DNA of 64,000 bases from Candidatus Adlerbacteria bacterium (GTDB lineage Bacteria; Patescibacteriota; Minisyncoccia; Phycocordibacterales; SBAW01): the NCBI GenBank assembly GCA_963749085.1, contig CAVVLG010000003.1, forward strand, positions 80,235-144,234, read 5' to 3'. Position 1 is the stretch's first letter, and each line of letters begins with the position of its first letter. Below are positions 1 through 11,581 of this stretch, piece after piece. The notes beneath the pieces are model-generated. The model saw only the letters and a program-made list of their open reading frames with translations, searched no databases and was not told the origin of the DNA. The position numbers and the translations under genes were made by a program.

Positions 1-198
1 ATGTCTGCCTTAGAAAAGAGCAACGCGTTTGGCGTTTTCTCTATCTCTATCTCTCACCGCATCTTTACGTTCAAGATGTCTTGCTAGGTATGCATCCTTG
101 GCGGAAGCACTTACGCTCATCGCGTAACTTAATATAAATAGTACCATAGGGCTTCTGGAATGTGCAAGTGAATATAGGCGCGCCAGCACCCATATTGA

Positions 199-966
199 TT
201 GAGAAGCCCCCTAGTGGCATACTCAAGCGGTTCGGATATAGATATGGAGATTGGAAAACAAAGGCAAACCTTTTTAAACCTTCTTGCGGCACTTCCCTCA
301 ACCGAAGAGGGGGAAGTTCGCATAAGCGACAAAGTTTTGGTTGAACATGGACTTGGCGACCGAACCTTTTTTGAAGCTGTGTGCCCTGGATTGCTGAAGC
401 AGGGCGTACTGAAGAAATTTAACGACCCTGATGCTCCCATATCGGATTTTACTGCCTTTTGTACCGAAGATTCTACCTACAGGCACTTGATGTTGGCACG
501 CTACCCCTCCCTGCGGGGGAATAATTCTTGGGCGAATGACTATCCGCCTTATGCGGAAGAGTTTGATGCCAAGATGGAGAAACGGAGACGAAAATTACGC
601 GCGCGTTATAAGCACGTCTTCGTGAAGGACATGACGAAGGTTAAGGTTAAGGTTTGTTTCGATAGAACCAAGGGCATCTACAGGGAGGATGGGGTGGGCA
701 AGCGATATCCGATAACGGGTATGCGGTGGAAGTTTGTGTTCACGCTACTTGGCACTGACGTTCTTTCTCTTAAGGACGCGTTTCCTGCCTATTGGGGCGA
801 TGGGTCTCAAGTGTCCCACAACATTGCGGATATAAATAAAATATGCAGGGAGAAGCTGCTCCTCCAGCACGACCTCATCATCAATGAGCCGACGGCGGGC
901 GGCTATCTTCTCAACCGTGAAATGTTTGACATAGAGGAAGTAAAGGCATTCGAAGTTGCAAAATAA
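199..966 (+). CDS. hypothetical protein (cargo of integrase-linked element)
   Basis: 255-aa ORF with balanced composition and no recognisable motifs; lies upstream of xis-like and int genes on the same strand. Confidence 0.4.
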   Translation: MRSPLVAYSSGSDIDMEIGKQRQTFLNLLAALPSTEEGEVRISDKVLVEHGLGDRTFFEAVCPGLLKQGVLKKFNDPDAPISDFTAFCTEDSTYRHLMLARYPSLRGNNSWANDYPPYAEEFDAKMEKRRRKLRARYKHVFVKDMTKVKVKVCFDRTKGIYREDGVGKRYPITGMRWKFVFTLLGTDVLSLKDAFPAYWGDGSQVSHNIADINKICREKLLLQHDLIINEPTAGGYLLNREMFDIEEVKAFEVAK

Positions 967-1332
967 GGCTTTTTGAGTAGCAACCAAACAGCAATTGAGT
1001 GTATTTACCTATCGGGTACGGTGGGAGAATGGGAGATAGAGATGGATATAGAACGACCTCATTGCCTCTGGCCGTTTTTTTATACCTCAAAGGCCAGCAC
1101 CTCACGGGCATTGTCCCCCTAAATTTTTCAAAAAAGGAATTTGAATTCACGCACTCGCCCGACATAGAGGCACTCGTCAACACCTATCGCTTCGGCGCCG
1201 CAGACGACGCGGCGCTCCAGGTGTCTGCGCGCGAATACGAGCGAGCCCGAAACACCCTCCTTGATCTGCTCAACGAATGATATGGGGAAGCATGCAAACA
1301 GGCCCCCATAAGAACCCAAAAGGGCCATTATT

Positions 1333-1527
1333 GTGCAACCAAAAAACAAAATGAAAACCAAAAAACAAATTCTAAAGAAATTGGCGGCAGCAGAAAGTTG
1401 GTTGGAGATACTTGTTGAAGAAATGGATGGTAGTACAGATGAGGTTGCAAAAGCAAAGAGTGAAATAGAAATAAAAGTATTGAAATGGGTTTTAACAGAC
1501 CATGACCTGGATACCGATTATATATAG
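1333..1527 (+). CDS. small hypothetical protein
   Basis: 64-aa K/E-rich ORF between island genes; no motifs. Confidence 0.2.
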   Translation: MQPKNKMKTKKQILKKLAAAESWLEILVEEMDGSTDEVAKAKSEIEIKVLKWVLTDHDLDTDYI

Positions 1528-1584
1528 ACATAAGTACCAACAGGGTAAGGAACTTCCCAAAGTGATGGGGGTCCAAAAGGACTG

Positions 1585-1989
1585 GTGGAACTCACTATGA
1601 CCCCTACCCCTCCCAGAGGTGGTGGCGAGACGCCTGATAATATCCCCCCTAATTATCCGAAAAGAGGCGCCGAGCGCCGTGCCCCTATATTCAGCAAAGA
1701 AACGCTTGAGTCTTTGCGGGGACTTGGTAATGTAGTACAGCCCCCAAACCACTCCAAGACGAAGGGTGGTGTACCGCTCTTTGACAAATCGTCGACCAGT
1801 TCCAACTCGGCAATCGAGTTGCTGACCATACCTGAAGTTGCGGGGATATTGAAAATTTCTGTATCCGGAGTGCGGCACCTCTACCAGGCGCGGCACCTTC
1901 CGTTCCACAAAGTCGGTGGCAGCATCCGTTTCTCCAAAAGCGACATCGAATCCTACCTGGGGAAACGACGGGTGGAAGCAATCGACTAA
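1585..1989 (+). CDS. excisionase-like / MerR-type HTH DNA-binding protein
   Basis: C-terminal 'LLTIPEVAGILKISVSGVRHLYQARHLPFHKVGGSIRFSKSDIESYL' matches the HTH_17/Xis excisionase fold; immediately upstream of the integrase. Confidence 0.55.
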   Translation: MELTMTPTPPRGGGETPDNIPPNYPKRGAERRAPIFSKETLESLRGLGNVVQPPNHSKTKGGVPLFDKSSTSSNSAIELLTIPEVAGILKISVSGVRHLYQARHLPFHKVGGSIRFSKSDIESYLGKRRVEAID

Positions 1990-2000
1990 TAGATTGAGAT

Positions 2001-3146
2001 ATGGCAGTACGAAAAATAAAAGAATCATGGTGGGTGGACATCAGGGCGGCCCACCTGCGATATAGAAAACGAAGCCCTGAAAACTCCAAGGCCGGAGCGG
2101 AGGCCTACGAAGCGAACTTACGGCAAAAGTTAGCGCGTGGCGAGTCAATCGACAAAGCGACGCACACGATGCCGCAAGAACAGTCCTTCGGGAGATTCTC
2201 GCAGAAATGGTTTACGGAGTATGTCCTGCCGAACAATAAGTTTTCGGTGCAGAGGACGAATAAATACATTCTGGACGCCGCCCTGGTGCCATTCTTCGGA
2301 AAGATACCGGTAAGCCAGATTACCGCCCACCATATTGAGCAATATAAGGCGCAAAAAGTTAAAGACGGTAAAATCACAGGCAAGACACTCAAGAATCACT
2401 TGACGGTATTGCACAAATGCCTGGCCACCGCGTATGAGTGGCTTGAGCTTGGAACGCAACCGCCAAAGATAAAGTGGCCCAAATGCGCTCCGACCCGAAC
2501 GGACTATCTCACCCCAGAAGAGTCAGAATTGCTGTTGTCCCATGCGGACGGCATGGTATACGAGGTAATACTCACCGCGCTCCGCACCGGCATGCGGCTG
2601 GGAGAGCTCAAAGGGCTCCAGTGGTCTTCCATCGACTGGCAAACCGGCAGCCTTATAGTCAGACATGCACGATGCGACTTCAGAAAAGTATTGGATACGC
2701 CAAAAAGTAACCGCGAACGGTACATCCCTCTCGATAGCGAGATCTATGAAATGCTTCTCAAGAGAAAGAAAAGCGAGGGGTACGTCTTCACAGACATAGA
2801 CAAACAGCCCTTCAATACCAAGCGCCTGAACCGCCGATTGGCTGCAATACGCAAGAAGGCCGGAATGCGAAAGGTCGGTTGGCATATGCTACGCCACACC
2901 TTCGCGTCACATCTGGCAATGAAGGGGGTGCCTCTCCCCACGGTGCAGGCACTTCTGGGGCATGCCAACATCACGACGACGATGAGATACGCGCACGTTG
3001 CCCCCTCTACCTTGCGCACGGCAATAGACATGCTGAACCCAAAAAGAAGGAAATATGAAAATTTTGGGCAACCCGTGGGCAACCAGTGGATTGCGGAGCA
3101 AGAGGAAGAAACCGCTCAAAAAAGTGCGGTCCCAGAAAACCTATGA
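2001..3146 (+). CDS. int: tyrosine site-specific integrase (phage integrase family)
   Basis: C-terminal catalytic box 'HMLRHTFASHLAMKGVPLPTVQALLGHANITTTMRYAHV' (R..HxxR..Y); N-terminal SAM-like domain; stop lies about 50 nt from a tRNA 3' end. Confidence 0.85.
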   Translation: MAVRKIKESWWVDIRAAHLRYRKRSPENSKAGAEAYEANLRQKLARGESIDKATHTMPQEQSFGRFSQKWFTEYVLPNNKFSVQRTNKYILDAALVPFFGKIPVSQITAHHIEQYKAQKVKDGKITGKTLKNHLTVLHKCLATAYEWLELGTQPPKIKWPKCAPTRTDYLTPEESELLLSHADGMVYEVILTALRTGMRLGELKGLQWSSIDWQTGSLIVRHARCDFRKVLDTPKSNRERYIPLDSEIYEMLLKRKKSEGYVFTDIDKQPFNTKRLNRRLAAIRKKAGMRKVGWHMLRHTFASHLAMKGVPLPTVQALLGHANITTTMRYAHVAPSTLRTAIDMLNPKRRKYENFGQPVGNQWIAEQEEETAQKSAVPENL

Positions 3147-3198
3147 TTCTCAAACTAAAAACAGCAAGAGCAAATACTGTGTGCGTTAAAATTGCGTG

Positions 3199-3269
3199 TT
3201 GCGGGGCCGGGATTTGCACCCGGGTCCCAAGGTTATGAGCCTTGTGAGGTACTACTCCTCCACCCCGCG
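3199..3269 (-). tRNA. tRNA-Met (anticodon CAT), possibly initiator type
   Basis: Hand fold of the reverse complement: acceptor CGCGGGG/CCCCGC with a C1·A72 mismatch, D-stem GAGG/CCTC, anticodon stem CAAGG/CCTTG, loop CTCATAA, T-stem CCGGG/CCCGG; no encoded CCA. Confidence 0.7.
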
Positions 3270-3306
3270 ATATGCGGGAAGACTCTCCCGCGATGGAGGA
3301 ACTCTA

Positions 3307-3885
3307 TCACAGATAATCAAATTCTTCAAACACTCGGCGGTATTTATCGATAGTGGCCTTGGTGTCACGCTCGGTGAGATGAAATTGCTCCCCGCCGTGC
3401 GCGATGTCGTTTCTCACCTTATGCGCGGTCCAGGCCAGATCAAGCGTCGTAAATTGGATGGGACTTGCGCCCTTTAACTTATCCCCGATAGTGGCCCCTG
3501 CGTAGCCGCGCGACTCCAATAAATTACCGAGCATGATATCGGCTTCGATAATGGCACGGCGCCAATCGCCCTCAACGGCACTTCCCGCAAGCAGGAGTAC
3601 GTGCTCCCATTGTGGGTTTTTGGGAGCGTGCACATCCTTGTGTGCTAGCGCTTCCTCCTCCCGACGCTTGTGCCATCCCGCATGCTCGACCGTATGGAGT
3701 TGCATCTTCGCATAGATAAAGCCAATCAAAAACAGGAACGACAATCCAAGCCCCACCCACGCGATGTCCGTTATCAACTGCAACGTCTGAGTCGGAATCT
3801 GGGAGATATTGATATTGGTTCCGGTGAATATCCGGTAGACCAGCAGCACAAAATATTCGAGATTCAAAAAGTGCACCGCGTCCAT
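3307..3885 (-). CDS. membrane-anchored hypothetical protein with HEPN-like Rx4H motif
   Basis: Predicted TM 'IAWVGLGLSFLFLIGFIYA'; C-terminal 'AHKVRNDIAHGG' fits the HEPN R-x4-H signature; 34 bp upstream of gatA. Confidence 0.35.
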   Translation of the reverse strand: MDAVHFLNLEYFVLLVYRIFTGTNINISQIPTQTLQLITDIAWVGLGLSFLFLIGFIYAKMQLHTVEHAGWHKRREEEALAHKDVHAPKNPQWEHVLLLAGSAVEGDWRRAIIEADIMLGNLLESRGYAGATIGDKLKGASPIQFTTLDLAWTAHKVRNDIAHGGEQFHLTERDTKATIDKYRRVFEEFDYL

Positions 3886-3918
3886 CGCCTAATTATAAGC
3901 TACGTTTCACCTATGCCT

Positions 3919-5331
3919 TCAGCGAGTTTCAATCTCTTTCCCTATGCGAAAGAGCGCGGCCTCATCGCCGTGCGCGGCGGTGCATTGCAAGCCGACAGGG
4001 AGCTTCTTTCCCTCTCGCGCAACAGTGCCCATGGGAATTGAAATGGCCGGATTGCCCGTCAAATTCGCGGTGACGGTAAACACATCCAACAAATACATCG
4101 AAAGCGGGTCGGATTTCTCCCCAAGTTTTGTCGCAGGAGTAGGCGCGGTCGGCGTTGCAATGGCGTCAACTCTCTGAAGCGCCACATTGACTTCGGCCGC
4201 AAGCGCCGAGCGAGCGGCGGTTGCTTTGCCATAGTACGCATCGTAATAGCCGGCCGAGAGCACGTAGGTGCCGAGCATAATACGGCGACGCACTTCCGGT
4301 CCAAATCCTTCGCCGCGGGTTTTGGCATAATCTTCCAATAATGAATCCCCTTTCAGCGAGAGCCCGTAACGCACGCCATCAAAGCGGGCGAGGTTGGTTG
4401 AACTTTCGGCCGGCATGATGATGTAGTAGATTGCGAGCGCAAGCATTGAGGATGGCAGCATGATATCAACAATGTCGTAGCCTTTTTGTTTGAGCAGTGC
4501 AAGCGATTCTTCAAACTTTTGCAGTACATCGCTGTCCACTCCTTGCTGAAGCAAATGTCTCGGGACGCCTATCTTTTTCTTTACGCTGCCCTTCGGGTAC
4601 AGTCCTTCATCGATCGAGGTGCTGTCGAGCATGTCGTGACTTCGCATCGCAGAAAAAAGTAGTTCTGCGTCCGCGACGGTTTTAGTGAGCGGCCCCGCCT
4701 GATCAAGGCTTGAGCCCATGGCGATAAGGCCTGAACGCGACACCATGCCATAAGTAGGCTTCAGTCCAACGATGCCGCAGAAGCTTGCGGGTTCTCGGAT
4801 GGAGCCTCCGGTATCGGTGCCTAACGCTCCCAGCGATAGGTTCGCGGCGACCGCGGCCGCTGACCCGCCGGAGGAGCCTCCCGGCACGCGAGATTCATCA
4901 AGCGGATGCTTAGTCGGGCCGAATGCGGAGTGTTCCGTAGAGCCGCCCATGGCAAACTCATCCATGTTGGTGCGGCCGAGAAACACGGCTCCCGCTTTTT
5001 TTAAGTTCCCTATCACCGCCGCGTCATAGGTCGCGGTGTAACCCTTCAATATTTTCGAGGCCGCGGAGGCTTTTTTGCCTTCAATTAAAATATTGTCCTT
5101 GATAGCCAGAGGAATACCAAGCAATGGATGTTTCTCACCCTTAGAGCGCCTCTCATCGGCTTTTTTTGCCTGTACTTCTGCGTCATCAAACACTTCCACA
5201 TACGCATTGAGTGACGAATTTCGTCTTTTGATTTCGTCGGTGCACGCGCGCACCAGGTCGACTGAGGAAATGTCTTTCGCCTGCAATTTTTTCACCGCTT
5301 GAGCTATTGAGAGCCGGTTTAATTCACTCAT
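3919..5331 (-). CDS. gatA: Glu-tRNA(Gln)/Asp-tRNA(Asn) amidotransferase subunit A
   Basis: 470 aa with amidase signature 'GGSSGGSAAAVA' and Ser-cisSer-Lys context; overlaps gatC by 8 nt. Confidence 0.9.
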   Translation of the reverse strand: MSELNRLSIAQAVKKLQAKDISSVDLVRACTDEIKRRNSSLNAYVEVFDDAEVQAKKADERRSKGEKHPLLGIPLAIKDNILIEGKKASAASKILKGYTATYDAAVIGNLKKAGAVFLGRTNMDEFAMGGSTEHSAFGPTKHPLDESRVPGGSSGGSAAAVAANLSLGALGTDTGGSIREPASFCGIVGLKPTYGMVSRSGLIAMGSSLDQAGPLTKTVADAELLFSAMRSHDMLDSTSIDEGLYPKGSVKKKIGVPRHLLQQGVDSDVLQKFEESLALLKQKGYDIVDIMLPSSMLALAIYYIIMPAESSTNLARFDGVRYGLSLKGDSLLEDYAKTRGEGFGPEVRRRIMLGTYVLSAGYYDAYYGKATAARSALAAEVNVALQRVDAIATPTAPTPATKLGEKSDPLSMYLLDVFTVTANLTGNPAISIPMGTVAREGKKLPVGLQCTAAHGDEAALFRIGKEIETR

Positions 5332-5626
5332 CTTTTTGTATTATTTTCCGTACCACGTTGAAACCATGCTCCCGTGTGGGGAATGCGCTGCGCAGGGCTT
5401 CTTCCTTGTCCCACAAGGGGTCCCCTGCCGCACGCGGTACATCTTCGCGCATGATATTGCGCAACACGGGCTTCATATTCGTCCTTTCCTTAACCTCAAA
5501 GGCACTTACGTGGCCGACGTAGTTAAGAATGTCCGACATGTCTTTCTGTAAACGCGTCACTTCCCCCTCGTTCAATTGAAGCCGCGCTAACTCAGCCAAT
5601 GCGAGAACCTCTTCTTTCGAAATCAT
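5324..5626 (-). CDS. gatC: amidotransferase subunit C
   Basis: About 100 aa starting 'MISKEEVLALAELARLQL', typical of GatC; translationally coupled to gatA. Confidence 0.8.
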   Translation of the reverse strand: MISKEEVLALAELARLQLNEGEVTRLQKDMSDILNYVGHVSAFEVKERTNMKPVLRNIMREDVPRAAGDPLWDKEEALRSAFPTREHGFNVVRKIIQKDE

Positions 5627-5640
5627 GCAACCATAGTACC

Positions 5641-8203
<2,563 letters not shown>

Positions 8204-8216
<13 letters not shown>

Positions 8217-8860
8217 TTAAGTAATTCCTCTCGCAACGTTACCGTACGTGGTGTCCCGCCACACACACTCGCCTGGTCACACCACGAGACGGTAACGGTA
8301 ACGCTGGCCTCGCATCCGTGCCCAGTCGTACAGTTATTAGAGCCGACTGGGGTCTCAATGCTTATAGTGCGGGTAAAGACACTCGGCGTAATAGTCGTTC
8401 CGTTTGCTGCTGCATAGGTAAAATGGCTGAAATAATTGACGCCGCTGAGAGTGGCCCAGCTGTAGTTTATAACCGGACAGCTCGCGCCAGTGGTACATGA
8501 GCTAACGGTGTTTGCGTAGGAATCTATCGTACAAGATTGTGTCCCAGTGGTGTTCGCGCAATTACCGACGGCCGTAAGAAAATTAGTGGGGGTGGGAGTA
8601 GTGCCGTCCAGTCCTGCGAGCCAGTCAGTATTGTCCTTATTGTCCTCAAGCGTATTGGTGTCGCGCACCCACCGCACGTATTCCATCCCGTCTTGCGCCA
8701 GATAAAATGCGGTGTCTTGGTCTTTGGCCGTGAGTGTGGCTTCCAAGCTCTTTGAAGCAATGGTGAGCGGCCCCGCAATGGCAAGCGAGAGCAGCAAGAC
8801 CGCCATCAAGGTTTCGATGAGCGTGAACCCGCCTTGTATTTTTTCAATTGCGTTATTCAT
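8204..8860 (-). CDS. type IV minor pilin / pseudopilin
   Basis: 'GGFTLIETLMAVLLLSLAIAG' prepilin N-methylation motif; start chosen at the internal Met (MNNAIEKIQGG). Confidence 0.7.
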
Positions 8861-9437
8861 AAAATCGCTGGGTGACGCTGGTCTGCATATAAAACGATGA
8901 TTGTTGCGTTGCACTGACCGTCGCATAGCCGGAAATGGTAATGACCACCCTTGACTGCACGCTGCCCGGAGTACCTATGACATAAAAAACGTATGAGCCA
9001 CTTCCTGAGAGATTATTGATGATGACATCGGGAGAGGTAAGCGGCGACCAAGTTAGAATGTTGTTCTGCACAGTGCCAACCTCGATACACCCGATGTTGG
9101 GGGCAGTTTGGCCGCACGCGCTCGAGGAACTATCAAGTTGGTAGTAGGTGGTCATACCGGCGGAAGACGTAAACACTATTTCGTTTGCGCCAGTAGGGCA
9201 CGTAGAACCAGGTGTAGTACCACACCCCCATCCGGTGCCAGTTCGAAGTGCGCGTGACATGTCGTCGATGGCAAAGTTAAGATTATCAGTGACCGATTTC
9301 AACGTTTCGACTTTGGCATCGGAAGCTGATATGGCCAATAGTGCGCCGAGCGCTATCGTCATGACTACCGTGAATATCGCGACCGAAACGAGAATTTCGA
9401 TGAGCGTGAAACCGCGTGTCTTAGAAGACAGAATCAT
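8853..9437 (-). CDS. type IV minor pilin / pseudopilin
   Basis: 'RGFTLIEILVSVAIFTVVMTIALGAL' prepilin motif. Confidence 0.7.
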   Translation of the reverse strand: MILSSKTRGFTLIEILVSVAIFTVVMTIALGALLAISASDAKVETLKSVTDNLNFAIDDMSRALRTGTGWGCGTTPGSTCPTGANEIVFTSSAGMTTYYQLDSSSSACGQTAPNIGCIEVGTVQNNILTWSPLTSPDVIINNLSGSGSYVFYVIGTPGSVQSRVVITISGYATVSATQQSSFYMQTSVTQRFYE

Positions 9438-9438
9438 G

Positions 9439-10122
9439 TTAGCATCCGGCTATCGCACAGACCGATATTTCGCCCGTTAATGAAACGCTGACGCTGCGGG
9501 TGTTGGCTGGATCACCAGCGGCTTGGAGTTGAATATAAGCACTCGAGTATGTTTCACCACTGGGAGGAGTGGCGCAGGCGGAAGGGCTAACCGGGGTAGT
9601 TGAAAAACACGCGTTCGGGTTGGGACGCTTGAATACTATCGAAAGACTAGAGAGGGTGCTGCCGCCAGAATTGTTCGCGTACCAACAGCGTTGTCTCGGT
9701 GAGGATCCAGCAGTAGTCGCGCAGAATTCACTGATGATGTAGCCGCTGCTCAGCGTGAACACTTGCGTTGCTTCTCCTGGAACGTATTGGCCGCTGTTTT
9801 GGAGGTCGGCAAAAAGGATGTACTGAGTATCGGTCGAATTAAAAAAAACGCCATAAGCTGGTGCGTAATTAACCACGCCGTTTTGGGTGCTGGTGCCCAA
9901 GACGCTGACTCCGTATACCTGTGCTTGACGGATAGAGAGTGCCACACTGTACGCGAGGCTGCGCAATACAGTGGAGCTGTCAAATTTCTGCTGTTGGATA
10001 AGAATCACGCTTGAGACGACGACCATAATAACTACAACCACCAAGAGTTCGATGAGTGTGAAGCCTCTGTGCCCACTGGTATGCCTAGAAGAGAACCGAG
10101 ATTTGTTGAAAGAAGTCCACAT
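9439..10122 (-). CDS. type IV minor pilin / pseudopilin
   Basis: 'RGFTLIELLVVVVIMVVVSSVIL' prepilin motif; start uncertain (long leader or alternative start); modest overlap with pilD 3' end. Confidence 0.6.
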   Translation of the reverse strand: MWTSFNKSRFSSRHTSGHRGFTLIELLVVVVIMVVVSSVILIQQQKFDSSTVLRSLAYSVALSIRQAQVYGVSVLGTSTQNGVVNYAPAYGVFFNSTDTQYILFADLQNSGQYVPGEATQVFTLSSGYIISEFCATTAGSSPRQRCWYANNSGGSTLSSLSIVFKRPNPNACFSTTPVSPSACATPPSGETYSSAYIQLQAAGDPANTRSVSVSLTGEISVCAIAGC

Positions 10123-10903
10123 GAAAAAAATATGCGAGCGCTGCGCCGAGCACCAAGAACGGCGCGAACGGTATCTCACTCCTCATTGTAAGATGGGAGC
10201 GCCCCGATTGCCATGAAAGCCGCTGGTATAACAGCATGGCAAGACCCACGAAGGCTCCACTCCAAAAAGCCAGCGTGAGCGCGGTAAGACCAGCGTACAG
10301 CCCGAGCAACCACCCTATACTGAGTTCAAGTGCGCCATCGCCCCATCCCATCCACCTGCCCCAGGATATGAGGGAGAGGCAAACAAGCGGGGACGCAAGC
10401 AGGGGACCACTCAACAGTACCGAAACGCTTGGCATCATAAACTGAACTCCTGCGCCAAAAGAGAAAAAAAGAGAAATTAACGCCAATAGGGCCAAAAAAC
10501 CCGAACACGACCAAGGAATAATGTTGTGCTTGATATCATAGACGACAACGAAAAGAAGGACCATCCATACCAACAGCCAGAAGGCGTAGGCGAGTGGTTG
10601 TACGTTTGTGCCGAAGACCGGATAGGAAAAGTAGACGAGCAGCGAGAGCAGAGCAGCGATACATTCGACCAGCGGATACTGCCAGGAAACTTTCGAGCCA
10701 CACTGTCGGCACCTGCCGCGTAAAAAGATAAATGAGAAAATGGGAACCAGATCGCGTGCGCTGAGCGTTTTATCACAACTCATACACCGCGAACGGCCGC
10801 GGACGATTGACTTACCAGTATTAAAGCGAAATGACAGCGCGTTGATGAAACTCCCGAGAATGGCGCCGAACACAGCGGCGGCGACAAAAAAGAAAATCTG
10901 CAT
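10085..10903 (-). CDS. pilD: prepilin peptidase (A24 family)
   Basis: N-terminal Cys box 'CMSCDKTL...CRQCGSKV' plus polytopic membrane domain; ATG overlaps the TGA of the upstream pilin (ATGA). Confidence 0.85.
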   Translation of the reverse strand: MQIFFFVAAAVFGAILGSFINALSFRFNTGKSIVRGRSRCMSCDKTLSARDLVPIFSFIFLRGRCRQCGSKVSWQYPLVECIAALLSLLVYFSYPVFGTNVQPLAYAFWLLVWMVLLFVVVYDIKHNIIPWSCSGFLALLALISLFFSFGAGVQFMMPSVSVLLSGPLLASPLVCLSLISWGRWMGWGDGALELSIGWLLGLYAGLTALTLAFWSGAFVGLAMLLYQRLSWQSGRSHLTMRSEIPFAPFLVLGAALAYFFHVDFFQQISVLF

Positions 10904-11502
10904 CAATTCGTGACATCGTAGCACGGACCCAGATTTGTACACGCATTCGTACCACCATTATTCGGTACTGTTGCTCCTTGCGAGCTGACAGCACATAATC
11001 CATTGGTTGTACATCCACCCGTGAACCCACTTGAATAAACATTTCCCGTACAAATCCTGGCGGTAGTACCGCCAACTATAGGTGTTGCCGCTCCATTGGC
11101 TTCTGCTGTAGATGCAGGGTTATTTGAATTCTCAAGCACCGCTCCTAAGTGAAATCCCACCACTATCGACGGGTTGCTGCCACAAGTAACACCATTGAGA
11201 GACCAGCCATAATAGGCATAATCGATTGGACTATTAGTCGTACTGAGAGGATCAAGAGGCATGGACGGAATATAGGTGGGGACCAAATCCGTAACTAAGT
11301 CAGAATAGGTATCTGGGTAATGACCGTTGTCGTTATAATACTCCTCAAGCGCCAGCTGTATGGTGCGGATGTCGGAGATGCGCTTAGCGTCGCGTCCTTT
11401 AGACTCTGCACTGCTGAGCGAGACCAATACTATGGAGGCCAAAATGCCGATGATGGCGATAACGGTCAGAAGTTCGATGAGGGTGAAACCGCCCTTTTTC
11501 AT
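10903..11502 (-). CDS. type IV pilin (major-pilin-like paralog 2)
   Basis: 'MKKGGFTLIELLTVIAIIGILASIVLVSLSSAESKGRDA', almost identical in its N-terminal helix to the pilin at 13141..13710. Confidence 0.75.
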   Translation of the reverse strand: MKKGGFTLIELLTVIAIIGILASIVLVSLSSAESKGRDAKRISDIRTIQLALEEYYNDNGHYPDTYSDLVTDLVPTYIPSMPLDPLSTTNSPIDYAYYGWSLNGVTCGSNPSIVVGFHLGAVLENSNNPASTAEANGAATPIVGGTTARICTGNVYSSGFTGGCTTNGLCAVSSQGATVPNNGGTNACTNLGPCYDVTN

Positions 11503-11581
11503 ATTTGTATTATATATCAATTTTCAGTACGTCATGAATAATCCCTCTTCAGAACTTCCTGAGTCACTGTTGGGGGAGTAG

